A stretch of DNA of 64,000 bases from an uncultured Actinomycetota bacterium (lineage in GTDB: Bacteria; Actinomycetota; Actinomycetes; Mycobacteriales; SCTD01), in the NCBI GenBank assembly GCA_963761655.1, contig CAVXHI010000011.1, positions 412,588 through 476,587 on the forward strand, read 5' to 3'. The position numbers and the translations under genes are program-made. Positions 46,258-56,249 of this stretch are shown here, one piece after another (the stretch's first letter is position 1; each line of letters opens with the position of its first letter). The notes beneath the pieces are model-generated. The model had not been told where the DNA came from, did no database searches, and worked only from the letters and a program-made list of their open reading frames with translations.

Positions 46258-49200
46258 CTACGGCTTGCGGCGGCGGAACAGCCGCGGGCGCTCCCCCGCC
46301 GGCGGCTCCTGGTCGTCCCGCCCCTGCCACGACGGCCTCGGCGCGGCGGGCTGGGCCGGCTGCTGGGCTGCGGGCGACTGCGTCCGGCCGGCCGGGCCGC
46401 TCGTGGTCGGGGCGCTCGCCGTCGGGGCGCTCGCCGGGGCGGGTGCCTTGCGCGCGGCCGGGGCCGCCTCCGGCTCGCGCCGCGTGGCCGGCTGAGGCCG
46501 AGCGGCGGGCTGCGCCCTGGTCGGGGTGGCCGCTCGCGGGGCCGGGGCGTCGTCGCCCTCGGCCGGACGCGAGCTGGCGGGGGCCCGGCGGGCGGAGGCC
46601 CCCGCGGTGCCGGTCCTCGCCGTCGTCGGGGCGCCGGCGGCGCGGGGCCGCGGGGTACGGGCGGGCCGGTCCTCGGTGTCCTTGGCGGCCGGCCCGGACT
46701 GCGTCGCCGCGCGGGGGGTGCGGGCGGTGCGGGCGGCAGCGCTCGTGCGGCTGCGCGGACCCGACGCCGTCGGCGCCGGAGCCTTCCTGGCCGCGCCCTT
46801 GCGCGGGGCCTTGGGGGCCGGCGCCTGCTCGACGGGCGGCTCGGGGGCCGCCAGCGCCGCCACCTCCTCCGGGAGCTCCTGGGCGACGTCGACCGGCTCG
46901 CCGACGGCCGCCCGGTAGCGCTTGGCGTCGCGGGTGTCCTGCTTGCGGGTCACCGCGGTGCCGACGAGCTGGGCGACCTCCTCGCGGTCCAGCTTCGACA
47001 GCCCGGCTGCGAACTGCTCGAGCACGCCGACCAGGACCTTGTCGCGCTCGCCCTCCAGCACCCGGTCGCGCTGCTCGAGGTAGCGCACGAGGACCTGCCC
47101 CGCCTGGGCCAGCCGGTCGGTGCCGGCGTCCAGGCCGGCCCGGGCCAGCTCGACCTTCTGCTCCGTGGCGTTGAGGACCTGCCCGACCTCGTCGAGGCGC
47201 CGCTGCACCTCCGCGCGGACGTCCTTGACCACGGCCTCGGCGGTGGCCCGGGCGCCCTGCACGACCTCGAACGTCCGGGTCGGCCACTGCTCCTCGAACC
47301 CGGCGACGACGCCGCGCAGCGCCTCGCTCTTGTCCTCGAGGGAGGCGAACCGGGTCGTCTGCTCCTCGACGAGCAGGGCCAGCTTCGTGGTCTGGTCGTC
47401 GCGCGCCGCCGACAGCCGCTCCTCCTGGCCCTTGACGACGGCGTCCAGCCGCTCCACCTGGGCCGTCTCGAGGGCGGCGAGCCGCTCGGCCTGGGCGGAG
47501 GTGGCCGCCTCCAGCTTCTCGGTCAGGGCGGCACCGAGGGCGTCGAGGCGGGCCGCGCCGTCGGTCTGGACGGCCTCGCGGAGCGCCTCCTGGGCCCGCT
47601 CCAGCACCTCGATCCGCTCCCGGGTGGCCTCGGCCAGGGCGGCGATCTGCTCGGTCGTCGTCGCGCCGAGGGCCTCCCGCAGCGACACCAGCGCGGCGTC
47701 CTGCGTCCGGACGGCGTCGGCGGTGCCGGTCGTGACGGCGTCGAGCCCGCGGCGGAGCTCGTCCTGCGCGGTCGTCAGCCCGGCCAGCCGCTCCCCGGCC
47801 TCCCGGGTCGCGCCGGCCCCGCTGGTGACCTCGCCGGCCAGACCGGTGAGCCGCTCGGTGACCTGGACGTGCTGCTCCTGCAGGCGGTCGAGCAGAGCCT
47901 CGCGCAGCCCCCGCTGGCCCTCCCCGATCTCGTCCCGCGCCTCGACGAGCGCGGCCCGGACGGCCCCGGTGCTGGCGGCCGTCGTGGCGGCGACCCGCTC
48001 GCGGAGCGACCCCAGCTCGGCGGTCAGCTCGCTGCGCAGGGTGCCGGTCGCGGTCGTCGCCGCGGACGTCGCCTCGGACAGCTCCTCGACCTGGGGGCGC
48101 AGGACGCCGATCTCGGTGGCGACGTCGGTGCGGAGGTCGTTGACGGCGCTGACGACCTGCGCACGCAGGCCCTCGAGCCGCTGGTCCAGGGCCTGCAGCG
48201 CGGCCTCGGAGCGCTCGGAGTCGGTGCGGGCCCGGCGGCGGGCCTCGTCCTGCAGGCCGGTGACGGTGCCCGTGAGGCGCTCCTGCAGCCCGTCGACCTG
48301 CGCAGCAGACGCCTCGCCCTGCTCCCGCAGCGACGTCGCGACGCTCTCGCGCAGCTCGCGCAGGGCGGTGTCGACGGCGCCGGTGATGCTCGTGACGGCG
48401 TCGCGGGTGGCGCCGGAGAGCTCCTCGACCCGGCCGCCGAGGGCCTCGGCCTTCTGCTCGTTGCGGCCGAGGGCCTCCCGGACCTCGTCGCGCAGCGCGT
48501 CGGTGCGCTCGCGGAGCAGGCCCTCGAGCCGCTCCCCCAGCTCGGTGGTGCGGGCTCCGGTGACGTCGGTCAGACGGGTGACGACGCTCTCGACCTGCTC
48601 GCCGCCGAGCTGCTCGAGGCGCTGCTCCAGCCGGCGGACGCCGCTGAGGAGCTCGGCGACCCGCTCGTTCGTGCTGTTGGCGCCGTCACGCGCGAGCGCC
48701 TCGATCCGCTCGACCATCCCGTCGAGGCTGTCCTCCAGGACGGCCAGCCGGGACTCGAGCGCGCCTCGGGCGTCGACGAGGGCGGCCTGCGTGCCGGCCG
48801 CGACCCGGGCGTCGCTCTCCAGCGCGCTGGTGACCGTCCGGCGGACGTCGGCGGCCATCTGGTCCACCCGCAGGCCGACCTTGTCGGTGACCCGCCCGAC
48901 GACGTCGTCGAGCTGGGTGCCGGTGCGGACCGGGACGAGCTCGAGCCCCTCGCGGACCTCGCGGGCGATGCCCGGCATGTCGGCACGGACCTCGTCGAGG
49001 CGGCTGCCGAGGGCGTCGAAGCGGCCGGCCATCTCGGCCACCCGCCGCACGAGGGTGCCCGTCTCGGTGCGGCTCGCCGCGACCGAGCCGGTCAGCCGGC
49101 CACCGAGGCTGTCGAGGTCGGTGCGCACCGCGCCGAGCTCGCTGCGCAGCGACCCGAGCTCGCTCCGGACCGCGACCACGTCGCCCCGGAGCGCGGCGAC

Positions 49201-49290
49201 GGAGCCGGACAGGCCGGCGGCGTCGCCCTCCGGCTCGTCGTAGCGGGCCAGCTCCTCGATGCGGCGGGACAGCGGCGGCTCGACGGTCAC
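46258..49290 (-). CDS. 1010-aa coiled-coil protein with a basic Pro/Ala/Arg/Thr-rich C-terminal tail
   Basis: GAGGAG, then 5 nt, then GTG 49290. About 800 aa of Pro-free charged helix with Gly breaks, then about 200 aa of low complexity (APKAPRKGAARKAPAP...). Confidence 0.85.
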   Translation of the reverse strand: MTVEPPLSRRIEELARYDEPEGDAAGLSGSVAALRGDVVAVRSELGSLRSELGAVRTDLDSLGGRLTGSVAASRTETGTLVRRVAEMAGRFDALGSRLDEVRADMPGIAREVREGLELVPVRTGTQLDDVVGRVTDKVGLRVDQMAADVRRTVTSALESDARVAAGTQAALVDARGALESRLAVLEDSLDGMVERIEALARDGANSTNERVAELLSGVRRLEQRLEQLGGEQVESVVTRLTDVTGARTTELGERLEGLLRERTDALRDEVREALGRNEQKAEALGGRVEELSGATRDAVTSITGAVDTALRELRESVATSLREQGEASAAQVDGLQERLTGTVTGLQDEARRRARTDSERSEAALQALDQRLEGLRAQVVSAVNDLRTDVATEIGVLRPQVEELSEATSAATTATGTLRSELTAELGSLRERVAATTAASTGAVRAALVEARDEIGEGQRGLREALLDRLQEQHVQVTERLTGLAGEVTSGAGATREAGERLAGLTTAQDELRRGLDAVTTGTADAVRTQDAALVSLREALGATTTEQIAALAEATRERIEVLERAQEALREAVQTDGAARLDALGAALTEKLEAATSAQAERLAALETAQVERLDAVVKGQEERLSAARDDQTTKLALLVEEQTTRFASLEDKSEALRGVVAGFEEQWPTRTFEVVQGARATAEAVVKDVRAEVQRRLDEVGQVLNATEQKVELARAGLDAGTDRLAQAGQVLVRYLEQRDRVLEGERDKVLVGVLEQFAAGLSKLDREEVAQLVGTAVTRKQDTRDAKRYRAAVGEPVDVAQELPEEVAALAAPEPPVEQAPAPKAPRKGAARKAPAPTASGPRSRTSAAARTARTPRAATQSGPAAKDTEDRPARTPRPRAAGAPTTARTGTAGASARRAPASSRPAEGDDAPAPRAATPTRAQPAARPQPATRREPEAAPAARKAPAPASAPTASAPTTSGPAGRTQSPAAQQPAQPAAPRPSWQGRDDQEPPAGERPRLFRRRKP

Positions 49291-49352
49291 AACGGCTCCT
49301 CAGCAGGGCTTCCTCACGGGGCAAGCTGCGGCGGAGCGTACTGACGACCGGC

Positions 49353-51833
49353 TCAGACGAGCGGGAGGCTCCGCACCCGGGCTGCTGCGAGCCGCTCGTC
49401 CGGGACGACGCCGTAGCCGGTGGTCCGCTGCCGCGGGGTGCGGCCGGCCGCCCGGACCATGGCCTCGAGGTCGTCCACGCTCTTGCGCGAGCCGTGCTGG
49501 CTGCCCGCCATCCGGCTGATGGTCTCCTCCATGAGCGTCCCGCCGAGGTCGTCGACGCCGCCGGCCAGCACCTGGTGGCACTGCTCGGGCCCGAGCTTCA
49601 CCCAGGAGCACTGCACGTGGTCGATCCGGCCGTGCAGCAGCAGCCGGGCGACGGCGTGCACGGCCCGGTTGTCCCGGACCGTGGGCCCGGGCCGGGCGAC
49701 GCCGGCCAGGTAGAGCGGCGCGCTGGTGTGCACGAACGGCAGCGGCACGAACTCGGTGAACCCGCCGGACTCGCCCTGCAGGCGGGCGAGCAGCTGCAGG
49801 TGCGCCACCCAGTGGTGGGGCTGGTCGACGTGGCCGTACATCATCGTAGAAGTCGTCGGGAGACCGGTGCGGTGCGCGGTCTGCACGACCTCGACCCACT
49901 GCGCGGTCGGCAGCTTGCCCTTGGTCAGCACCCAGCGGACGTCGTCGTCGAGGATCTCGGCCGCGGTGCCGGGGAGGCTGTCGACGCCGGCCTCGCGCGC
50001 CGCGAGAAGGAACTCCTCGATGCTGACCTGCATCCGGGCCGCACCGTTCACGACCTCCATCGGGGAGTAGGCGTGCAGGTGCAGGGCGGGGGCGCCGGCC
50101 TTCACCGCGCGGGCGAGGTCGAGGTAGGCGGTCCCGGGCAGCTGCGGGTCGATGCCGCCCTGCATGCAGACCTCGGTCGCCCCGACGTCCCACGCCTCGC
50201 GGGCCCGCTCGGTGACCTCGTCGAGCGAGAGCGTGTAGGCGTCGGCGTCGGTGCGGCGCTGGGCGAAGGCGCAGAACCGGCAGCCCGTGTAGCAGACGTT
50301 GGTGAAGTTGATGTTCCGGTTCACGACGTAGGTGACGTCGTCGCCGACGGTGTCGCGCCGGACGTCGTCGGCCAGCGCGCACACGGCCTCGAGGTCCGCG
50401 CCGTCGGCGGTGATGAGCGCGAGCGCCTGCTGCTCGGTGAGCGACGCGGGCCGGTCGCGGGCGACGCGCAGGGCGGCAGCGACGTCGTGCGTCAGCCGGG
50501 CGCGCGGCGCGGGCACGGAGGCCGCGACGGCGTCCCAGCCGCCGTAGACGTCGTCGAAGTCGGTGCGGCGGTCGGCGGTGCGGCCAGTGGTGTCGACGGT
50601 GGCGTGCAGGTCGGTGCGGCCGGTGCTGCGCAGACGCGTCGTCGGGCTCCTGCCACGGCAGCCCGGCGGGACGGACGTCGGCGGCGAGGCCGTCCGGCAG
50701 GCGCAGCGCGGCGACGTGCCCGGCCAGGCGCGGGTCGAGCCAGGGCTCGTCCAGGTAGGGCGGGTGCGCGGTGAGCCGCTCGCGCAGGACGAAGCCGGCG
50801 TCGGCCGTGGCGCGCGCGAGGTCGTCGAGGTGAGGCCACGGCCGCTCGGGGTTCACGTGGTCGGGCGTGAGGGGCGAGACGCCGCCCCAGTCGTCGACGC
50901 CGGCGGCCAGCAGGGCGGCGGTCTCGGCGAGGTCGACCAGGTTCGGGGGCGACTGCACGCGCATCCGCGGTCCCATGACCAGCCGGGTGACGGCGACCGC
51001 GGCGAGGAACTCGTCCATGCGAGGCGTCCGGCGTGGACGCGCATCGCGGTGTCGTCCTTGGCGCGGAAGTTCTGGACGATCACCTCCTGCACGTGGCCGT
51101 GCCTGGCGTGCGACGCGCGGATCGCGAAGACCGTCTCGGCGCGGTCGCGCAGCGTCTCGCCGATCCCCACCAGCAGACCGGTGGTGAAGGGGACGGACAG
51201 CCGGCCGGCGTCCTCGAGGGTCCGCAGCCGGACGGCCGGGACCTTGTCCGGCGAGCCCCGGTGCGCCGGCACGTCCGCCGTCGTCTCGAGCATCATCCCC
51301 ATCGACGGCGCGACCGGCTTGAGCCGCTGCAGCTCGCTCCAGCTCATCACCCCCGGGTTGAGGTGGGGCAGCAGGCCCGTCTCCTCGAGGACCGCGACCG
51401 CGCACGCCCGGACGTAGGCGAGGGTGCTGTCGTAGCCGGCCTCGTCCAGCCACGCGCGGGCCTGCGGCCAGCGGTCCTCGGGCCGGTCCCCCAGGGTGAA
51501 CAGGGCCTCCTTGCACCCGAGGGCGGCGCCGTCGCGGGCGATCTGCAGCACCTCGTCCATCGACAGGAAGGGCGCGGGCAGGCGTCCCGGCGTCGTCGCG
51601 AAGGTGCAGTAGTGGCAGCGGTCGCGGCACAGCCGGGTCAGCGGCACGAAGACCTTGCGGCTGTAGGTGACGACGCCGTCGCGGCCGCCCGCGTCGCGGA
51701 CCCGCGCGGCGGAGGACATCAGCGCAGCGAGGTCGTCGCCCCGGGCGCCGAGCAGGACGGTGGCCTCGTCGACGTCGAGCGCCTTGCCGTCGCGCGCCCT
51801 CGCCAGAGCCCGCCGCATCCCTGCCTGCTCCAC
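49353..51833 (-). pseudogene. fbiC: Bifunctional FO synthase FbiC (CofG+CofH) interrupted by two compensating frameshifts
   Basis: CofG part in frame A (51833 to about 51040; [10 protein letters not shown]). QSPPNL...[23 protein letters not shown] in frame B (about 51018-50641). [12 protein letters not shown] plus the CofH part ([10 protein letters not shown]) back in frame A (to 49353). Frame A has a stop at 50853. Confidence 0.85.
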
Positions 51834-51840
51834 CCCGACA

Positions 51841-51850
51841 ACCCTACGGT
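51841..51850. promoter_or_regulatory. Back-to-back overlapping -10 elements for leaderless fbiC and SDR genes
   Basis: Plus strand: TACGGT (51845-51850), then 6 nt, then ATG 51857. Minus strand: TAGGGT (51846-51841), then 7 nt, then GTG 51833. The start codons are exactly 23 nt apart. Confidence 0.5.
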
Positions 51851-51856
51851 GGGGTC

Positions 51857-52603
51857 ATGACGACCGTCTGCCTGACCGGCTCCACCGACGGGATCGGCCT
51901 CGCCGCCGCCCGGCAGCTCGTCGCCGAGGGGCACCGCGTCGTCGTCCACGGGCGGAGCGAGGAACGGGGCCGGCCGGTGGCGGACGAGCTCGACGCCGAC
52001 CTCGTCGTCGGCGACCTCGCGGTGCTCGCCGAGGTGCGCGGCCTCGCCGACCAGCTGCGCGACCTCGGCGGCGTCGACGTCCTGGCCCACAACGCCGGCG
52101 TCTGGGTCCGCGACGAGACACCCCGGGTCACGGTCGACGGCTTCGAGACGACCTTCGCGGTCAACGTCCTCGCGCCGCACCTGCTGACCTCCCTGCTCGG
52201 CGACGCCGTCCGCAGCCGCCTGCTCTGGCTCGGCTCGGGCATGGCGGGCTCCGGCCGCCCGAAGCCGACGGCCCTCGGCGGCTCGCGCGAGCCGCGCCAG
52301 GCCTACGCCGACAGCAAGGCCTGCGACGTCGCCCTCGCCCTCGGCTGGGCCCGTCGTCGCCCCGACCTCGTGGTGGCCGCTGTCGACCCCGGCTGGGTGA
52401 AGACGAAGCTCGCCAGCGGCGGGGCGCCCGGTGAGGTCGAGCAGGGCGGCGACGGCCTGGCCTTCTGCTGCACCGCCGACCTCGGCGACGAGCCGTACTG
52501 GAAGGACCGGGCCCCGACGACCGTCCCCGGGCGGCTGCGCGACGCCGGCCTGCAGGACTCGCTGCTGCGCGAGCTCGACCGGCTGGCAGGGCTCGAGGCG
52601 TGA
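51857..52603 (+). CDS. SDR-family oxidoreductase
   Basis: TGSTDGIGLAAA Rossmann motif, NAGV, YADSKAC (Y-x3-K). Confidence 0.88.
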   Translation: MTTVCLTGSTDGIGLAAARQLVAEGHRVVVHGRSEERGRPVADELDADLVVGDLAVLAEVRGLADQLRDLGGVDVLAHNAGVWVRDETPRVTVDGFETTFAVNVLAPHLLTSLLGDAVRSRLLWLGSGMAGSGRPKPTALGGSREPRQAYADSKACDVALALGWARRRPDLVVAAVDPGWVKTKLASGGAPGEVEQGGDGLAFCCTADLGDEPYWKDRAPTTVPGRLRDAGLQDSLLRELDRLAGLEA

Positions 52604-52677
52604 GCGTCCCGGGCCACCGCCGCTCCTACGCCAGTGACCCGTACGGCAACCGGCTGGAGCTCCTCGAGCCGCTCTAG
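52600..52677 (+). pseudogene. Possible 25-codon remnant of a VOC/glyoxalase-family C-terminus
   Basis: [25 protein letters not shown]; the DPxGNxxEL ending is typical of VOC proteins. The GTG overlaps the SDR stop. Confidence 0.3.
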
Positions 52678-53744
52678 CGTCCCGACGCCGCCGCCACGAC
52701 GGTCTCGAGCGGCCCGCGCGGGAACAGCTGCAGCCACAGCACGGCGCAGGTCCCGAGCCCGACGACCTGCGCCGACCAGAGCAGCGCCGGCTGGTCCCCG
52801 CCCGTGCTCGCGACGACGACGACGTGCAGGACGTACAGCGTCAGCGTCATGGACCCGGCCGCCGCGAGGGGGCCGAGGACGCGGGCCACCGCCGGCCGGC
52901 TGCAGACCAGCAGGGCGAGCCCGAGCACGAGCAGCGAGGTGCCGGTGGTCAGCAGCAGGTCGGGCGTCGTCGAGGCGTGGGGTGCGTCGACGGCGAGCCA
53001 CCACGGCGTCGTCGTCGGGACGTTGCCGAACTGGTTGTCCGACAGGCCGCGCTCGGGGTCGGTCAGGGCGATCGCCGCCCGCCCCCCGGCGTCCAGCAGC
53101 AGCCAGGACGACGCCGAGGCGACCGCCGCGAGGACCGCGCCGACGAGCGCCAGCCGCACCTGGACCACCCGCGACGCGAGGTCCAGCCGCCCCACGGCCA
53201 GCCCGGCACACAGGTAGGCGGCCCAGCACAGGACCGGGTAGTAGCCGGTGACCAGCAGGGTGGTGAGCAGCTGCCACGGGTGCGTGACGAGCAGGTCGAG
53301 CGTCGGGTTGCCCGTGGCCCGGGGCGGCAGGTGCGGACGCAGCGCGAACGACAGCAGCGGCCCGAGCAGCGCGACACCCAGCGACGCCGCGGCCAGCACC
53401 CGCACCGGCAGGCGCAGCAGCGGCAGCGCCACGAGGAACAGCACGCCGTAGTAGGCCAGGATCAGGGCGAGGCCCGAGTCGACGGACCCGACGACCAGTC
53501 CGATCAGCGCGACCACGCCCGCGCGCACCGCGACCGAGCGCGTCTGCCCCGGCTCCTGCCTGCGGGTGAGCAGCGCCAGCCCGACGCCGGCCAGCACCGC
53601 GAACAGGGCTGCCGCCCGCCCGCTGACGAGCACGTGCACGAGCGAGGTGGACCCGTCGGCACGCTCCGCCGGGAAGACGTGCACCGCGGTCATCCCGAGC
53701 AGGGCTGTGCCGCGCGCCACGTCCACCCCGACCAGCCGGCTCAC
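52674..53744 (-). CDS. DUF1624/DUF418-type (acyltransferase-3-like) polytopic membrane protein
   Basis: Start taken at GTG 53744 ([23 protein letters not shown]). About 10 TM helices. The track ORF start at 53801 would overlap fbiA. Confidence 0.75.
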   Translation of the reverse strand: MSRLVGVDVARGTALLGMTAVHVFPAERADGSTSLVHVLVSGRAAALFAVLAGVGLALLTRRQEPGQTRSVAVRAGVVALIGLVVGSVDSGLALILAYYGVLFLVALPLLRLPVRVLAAASLGVALLGPLLSFALRPHLPPRATGNPTLDLLVTHPWQLLTTLLVTGYYPVLCWAAYLCAGLAVGRLDLASRVVQVRLALVGAVLAAVASASSWLLLDAGGRAAIALTDPERGLSDNQFGNVPTTTPWWLAVDAPHASTTPDLLLTTGTSLLVLGLALLVCSRPAVARVLGPLAAAGSMTLTLYVLHVVVVASTGGDQPALLWSAQVVGLGTCAVLWLQLFPRGPLETVVAAASGR

Positions 53745-53761
53745 GCTGACAGACTGCCTGC

Positions 53762-54685
53762 ATGCGGATCGTGGCACTGGCAGGGGGCATCGGCGGGGCA
53801 CGCTTCCTGCGGGGCCTCAAGGAGGCGGTCCCCGACGCGGAGCTGACCGTCGTCGTCAACACCGGCGACGACCTCACGATGTACGGGCTGCGCGTCTGCC
53901 CGGACCTCGACACCGTCATGTACACGCTCGGCGGCGGCATCGACGAGGAGCGCGGCTGGGGCCGCCAGGACGAGACGTTCCACGCCAAGGAGGAGCTGAC
54001 GGCGTACGACGTCCCGACCGCCTGGTTCGGGCTCGGCGACCGCGACCTCGCCACCCACCTGGTGCGCCGGCAGATGCTCGACGCCGGCTTCCCGCTGAGC
54101 CAGGTGACGGCGGCCCTGTGCGAGCGATGGCAGCCGGGCGCGCGGCTGATCCCGATGACCGACGACCGGTTCGAGACGCACGTGCTCGTCGAGGTCGACG
54201 GCGCGCGCAAGGTGATCCACTTCCAGGAGTGGTGGGTCAAGCACCGGGCCTCGCTGAAGGCCCAGGCGTTCGCGTACGTCGGGGCCGAGACCGCGCAGCC
54301 TGCCCCCGGGGTGCTGGAGGCGATCGAGCAGGCCGACCTCGTGGTGCTGCCGCCGAGCAACCCGGTGGTCAGCATCGGCACCGTGCTGCAGGTGCCCGGC
54401 ATCAAGGCGGCGCTGGCCGACAAGACCGTGCTCGGGGTCAGCCCCGTCGTCGGTGGCGCGCCGGTCCGCGGCATGGCCGACGCGTGCCTGGAGGCCATCG
54501 GTGTCGAGACGAGCGCCGAGGCCGTCGGCCGGCACTACGGCGGCACGCTGCTCGACGGCTGGCTGGTCGACACCGCCGACGACGGCGCCACCGTCCCCGA
54601 CGTCGAGGTGCGCGCGGTCCCGCTGCTCATGACCGACCTCGCGGCGACGACGGCGATGGCGCGGGCGCTGCTCGAGATGGCGTGA
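53762..54685 (+). CDS. fbiA: 2-phospho-L-lactate (EPPG) transferase
   Basis: [51 protein letters not shown]. Confidence 0.95.
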   Translation: MRIVALAGGIGGARFLRGLKEAVPDAELTVVVNTGDDLTMYGLRVCPDLDTVMYTLGGGIDEERGWGRQDETFHAKEELTAYDVPTAWFGLGDRDLATHLVRRQMLDAGFPLSQVTAALCERWQPGARLIPMTDDRFETHVLVEVDGARKVIHFQEWWVKHRASLKAQAFAYVGAETAQPAPGVLEAIEQADLVVLPPSNPVVSIGTVLQVPGIKAALADKTVLGVSPVVGGAPVRGMADACLEAIGVETSAEAVGRHYGGTLLDGWLVDTADDGATVPDVEVRAVPLLMTDLAATTAMARALLEMA

Positions 54686-55977
54686 CCGGCTACACCGTCT
54701 CCCCCGTCGAGGGCATGCCCGACGTCCGCCCCGGCGACGACGTCGCCGCCCTGGTCGCGGACCGCTTCGCGCTGCAGGACGGCGACGTCGTCGTGGTCAC
54801 CAGCAAGGTGGTGAGCAAGGCGGAGGGGCGGCTCGTGCCGGTGCCGCCGGGGACCTCGCGGGAGGACGTCCGGCTGGCCGCCGTCGACGCCGAGACCGCG
54901 CGCGTGGTGGCCCGCCGCGGCACCACGACGATCGCCCAGACCCGCGCCGGGCTGGTGCTCGCGGCGGCCGGCGTCGACGCCTCCAACGTGCGCACCGACG
55001 AGGTCGCGCTGCTGCCGGTCGACGCCGACGCCTCCGCCCGCGGGCTGCGGGACCGGTTCGCCGAGCTCGGGGCCGACGTCGCCGTCGTCGTGTCCGACAC
55101 CCTCGGGCGGGCCTGGCGGCAGGGGCAGGTCGACCAGGCGATCGGCGTCGCCGGGCTCGCTCCGCTGCGCGACGCCCGCGGCACGCAGGACACCTTCGGG
55201 CAGGTGCTCGGCGTCACCGAGATCGCCGTCGCGGACGAGCTGGCGTCGGCCGCCGAGCTGGTGAAGGGCAAGAGCGACGGCGTCCCCGTGGCCGTCGTCC
55301 GCGGCCTCGCCCTCCCCGACGACGGGCGCGACGCCACCGCCCTGGTGCGGCCGTCCGCGCAGGACTGGTTCAGCCTCGGCACCCGCGAGGCGCACCAGAG
55401 CACCCTCGCGCTGCGCCGCACGGTCCGCGCCTTCACCGACGAGCCGGTCGACGACGCCGCCCTGCGCCGGGCCCTCGCCGCCGCCCTGCTCGCCCCCGCC
55501 CCGCACCACACCACACCCTGGCGCTTCGTCCTCGTCGACCGGCTGCGCGAGCCGCTGCTCGACGCGATGCGCGACGCCTGGGCCGCGGACCTGCGTGCGG
55601 ACGGGTTCACCGAGGAGCAGGTGGAGCGCAGGCTCCGGCGCGGGGACGTGCTGCGGGCCGCCCCGCGCCTGGTCGTGCCGTGCCTGGTCCGCGACGGGGC
55701 GCACGCCTACCCGGACGTCCGGCGCACGGCCGCCGAGGAGCGGATGTTCGTGGTCAGCGGTGGCGCCGGCGTGCAGAACCTGCTGGTGCAGCTCGCCGCC
55801 GAGGGGCTGGGCAGCGCGTGGGTCAGCAGCACGCTGTTCTGCCCCGACGTCGTCCGCTCCGCGCTGGACCTGCCGGACGACTGGGAGCCCCTCGGGGCGG
55901 TCGCCGTCGGGCATGCCGCGGCACCCGCCACGCCCCGCGCCGAGCGCCCGGTGGAGGCGTTCCTGCTCGAGCGCTAG
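54682..55977 (+). CDS. fbiB: Bifunctional F420 gamma-glutamyl ligase / dehydro-F420-0 reductase
   Basis: GTGA overlap. CofE-like N-domain ([18 protein letters not shown]) plus a C-terminal nitroreductase-like domain. Confidence 0.92.
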   Translation: MTGYTVSPVEGMPDVRPGDDVAALVADRFALQDGDVVVVTSKVVSKAEGRLVPVPPGTSREDVRLAAVDAETARVVARRGTTTIAQTRAGLVLAAAGVDASNVRTDEVALLPVDADASARGLRDRFAELGADVAVVVSDTLGRAWRQGQVDQAIGVAGLAPLRDARGTQDTFGQVLGVTEIAVADELASAAELVKGKSDGVPVAVVRGLALPDDGRDATALVRPSAQDWFSLGTREAHQSTLALRRTVRAFTDEPVDDAALRRALAAALLAPAPHHTTPWRFVLVDRLREPLLDAMRDAWAADLRADGFTEEQVERRLRRGDVLRAAPRLVVPCLVRDGAHAYPDVRRTAAEERMFVVSGGAGVQNLLVQLAAEGLGSAWVSSTLFCPDVVRSALDLPDDWEPLGAVAVGHAAAPATPRAERPVEAFLLER

Positions 55978-55989
55978 CTGTCCCGAGAG

Positions 55990-56154
55990 CTAGCGCGACG
56001 GGCGAGGCGTCCGGCCGGGCTTGCGGTCGCGCCGGTCGTCGTTCTTGCCGTCGCGGCTGCGGGCCAGACCCGCACCGAAGACGCCGAAGGCGAACAGGGC
56101 GTAGAGCAGGACGGCGCCCAGGAGCACCACGACGATCGAGATCACGGCTGTCAT
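55990..56154 (-). CDS. Small single-TM protein with a basic tail
   Basis: 54 aa. MTAVISIVVVLLGAVLLYALFAFGVFGAG followed by an R/K/D-rich tail. Confidence 0.45.
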   Translation of the reverse strand: MTAVISIVVVLLGAVLLYALFAFGVFGAGLARSRDGKNDDRRDRKPGRTPRPSR

Positions 56155-56249
56155 GGCGATGTCGTGCCCTGCACGCCGCGACGCACGCCCGTTGCCGCAG
56201 GGTCGGCCGGTCGACCGCGGCCTTGCGCAGCGCGGCACCCCGTCGAGCG

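Noticed and set aside
49300-51630. 776-aa ORF as a gene
   Set aside because: Only its central about 125 aa (DEFLAAV...WQEPD) is real FbiC sequence. The remainder is an out-of-frame reading of fbiC.
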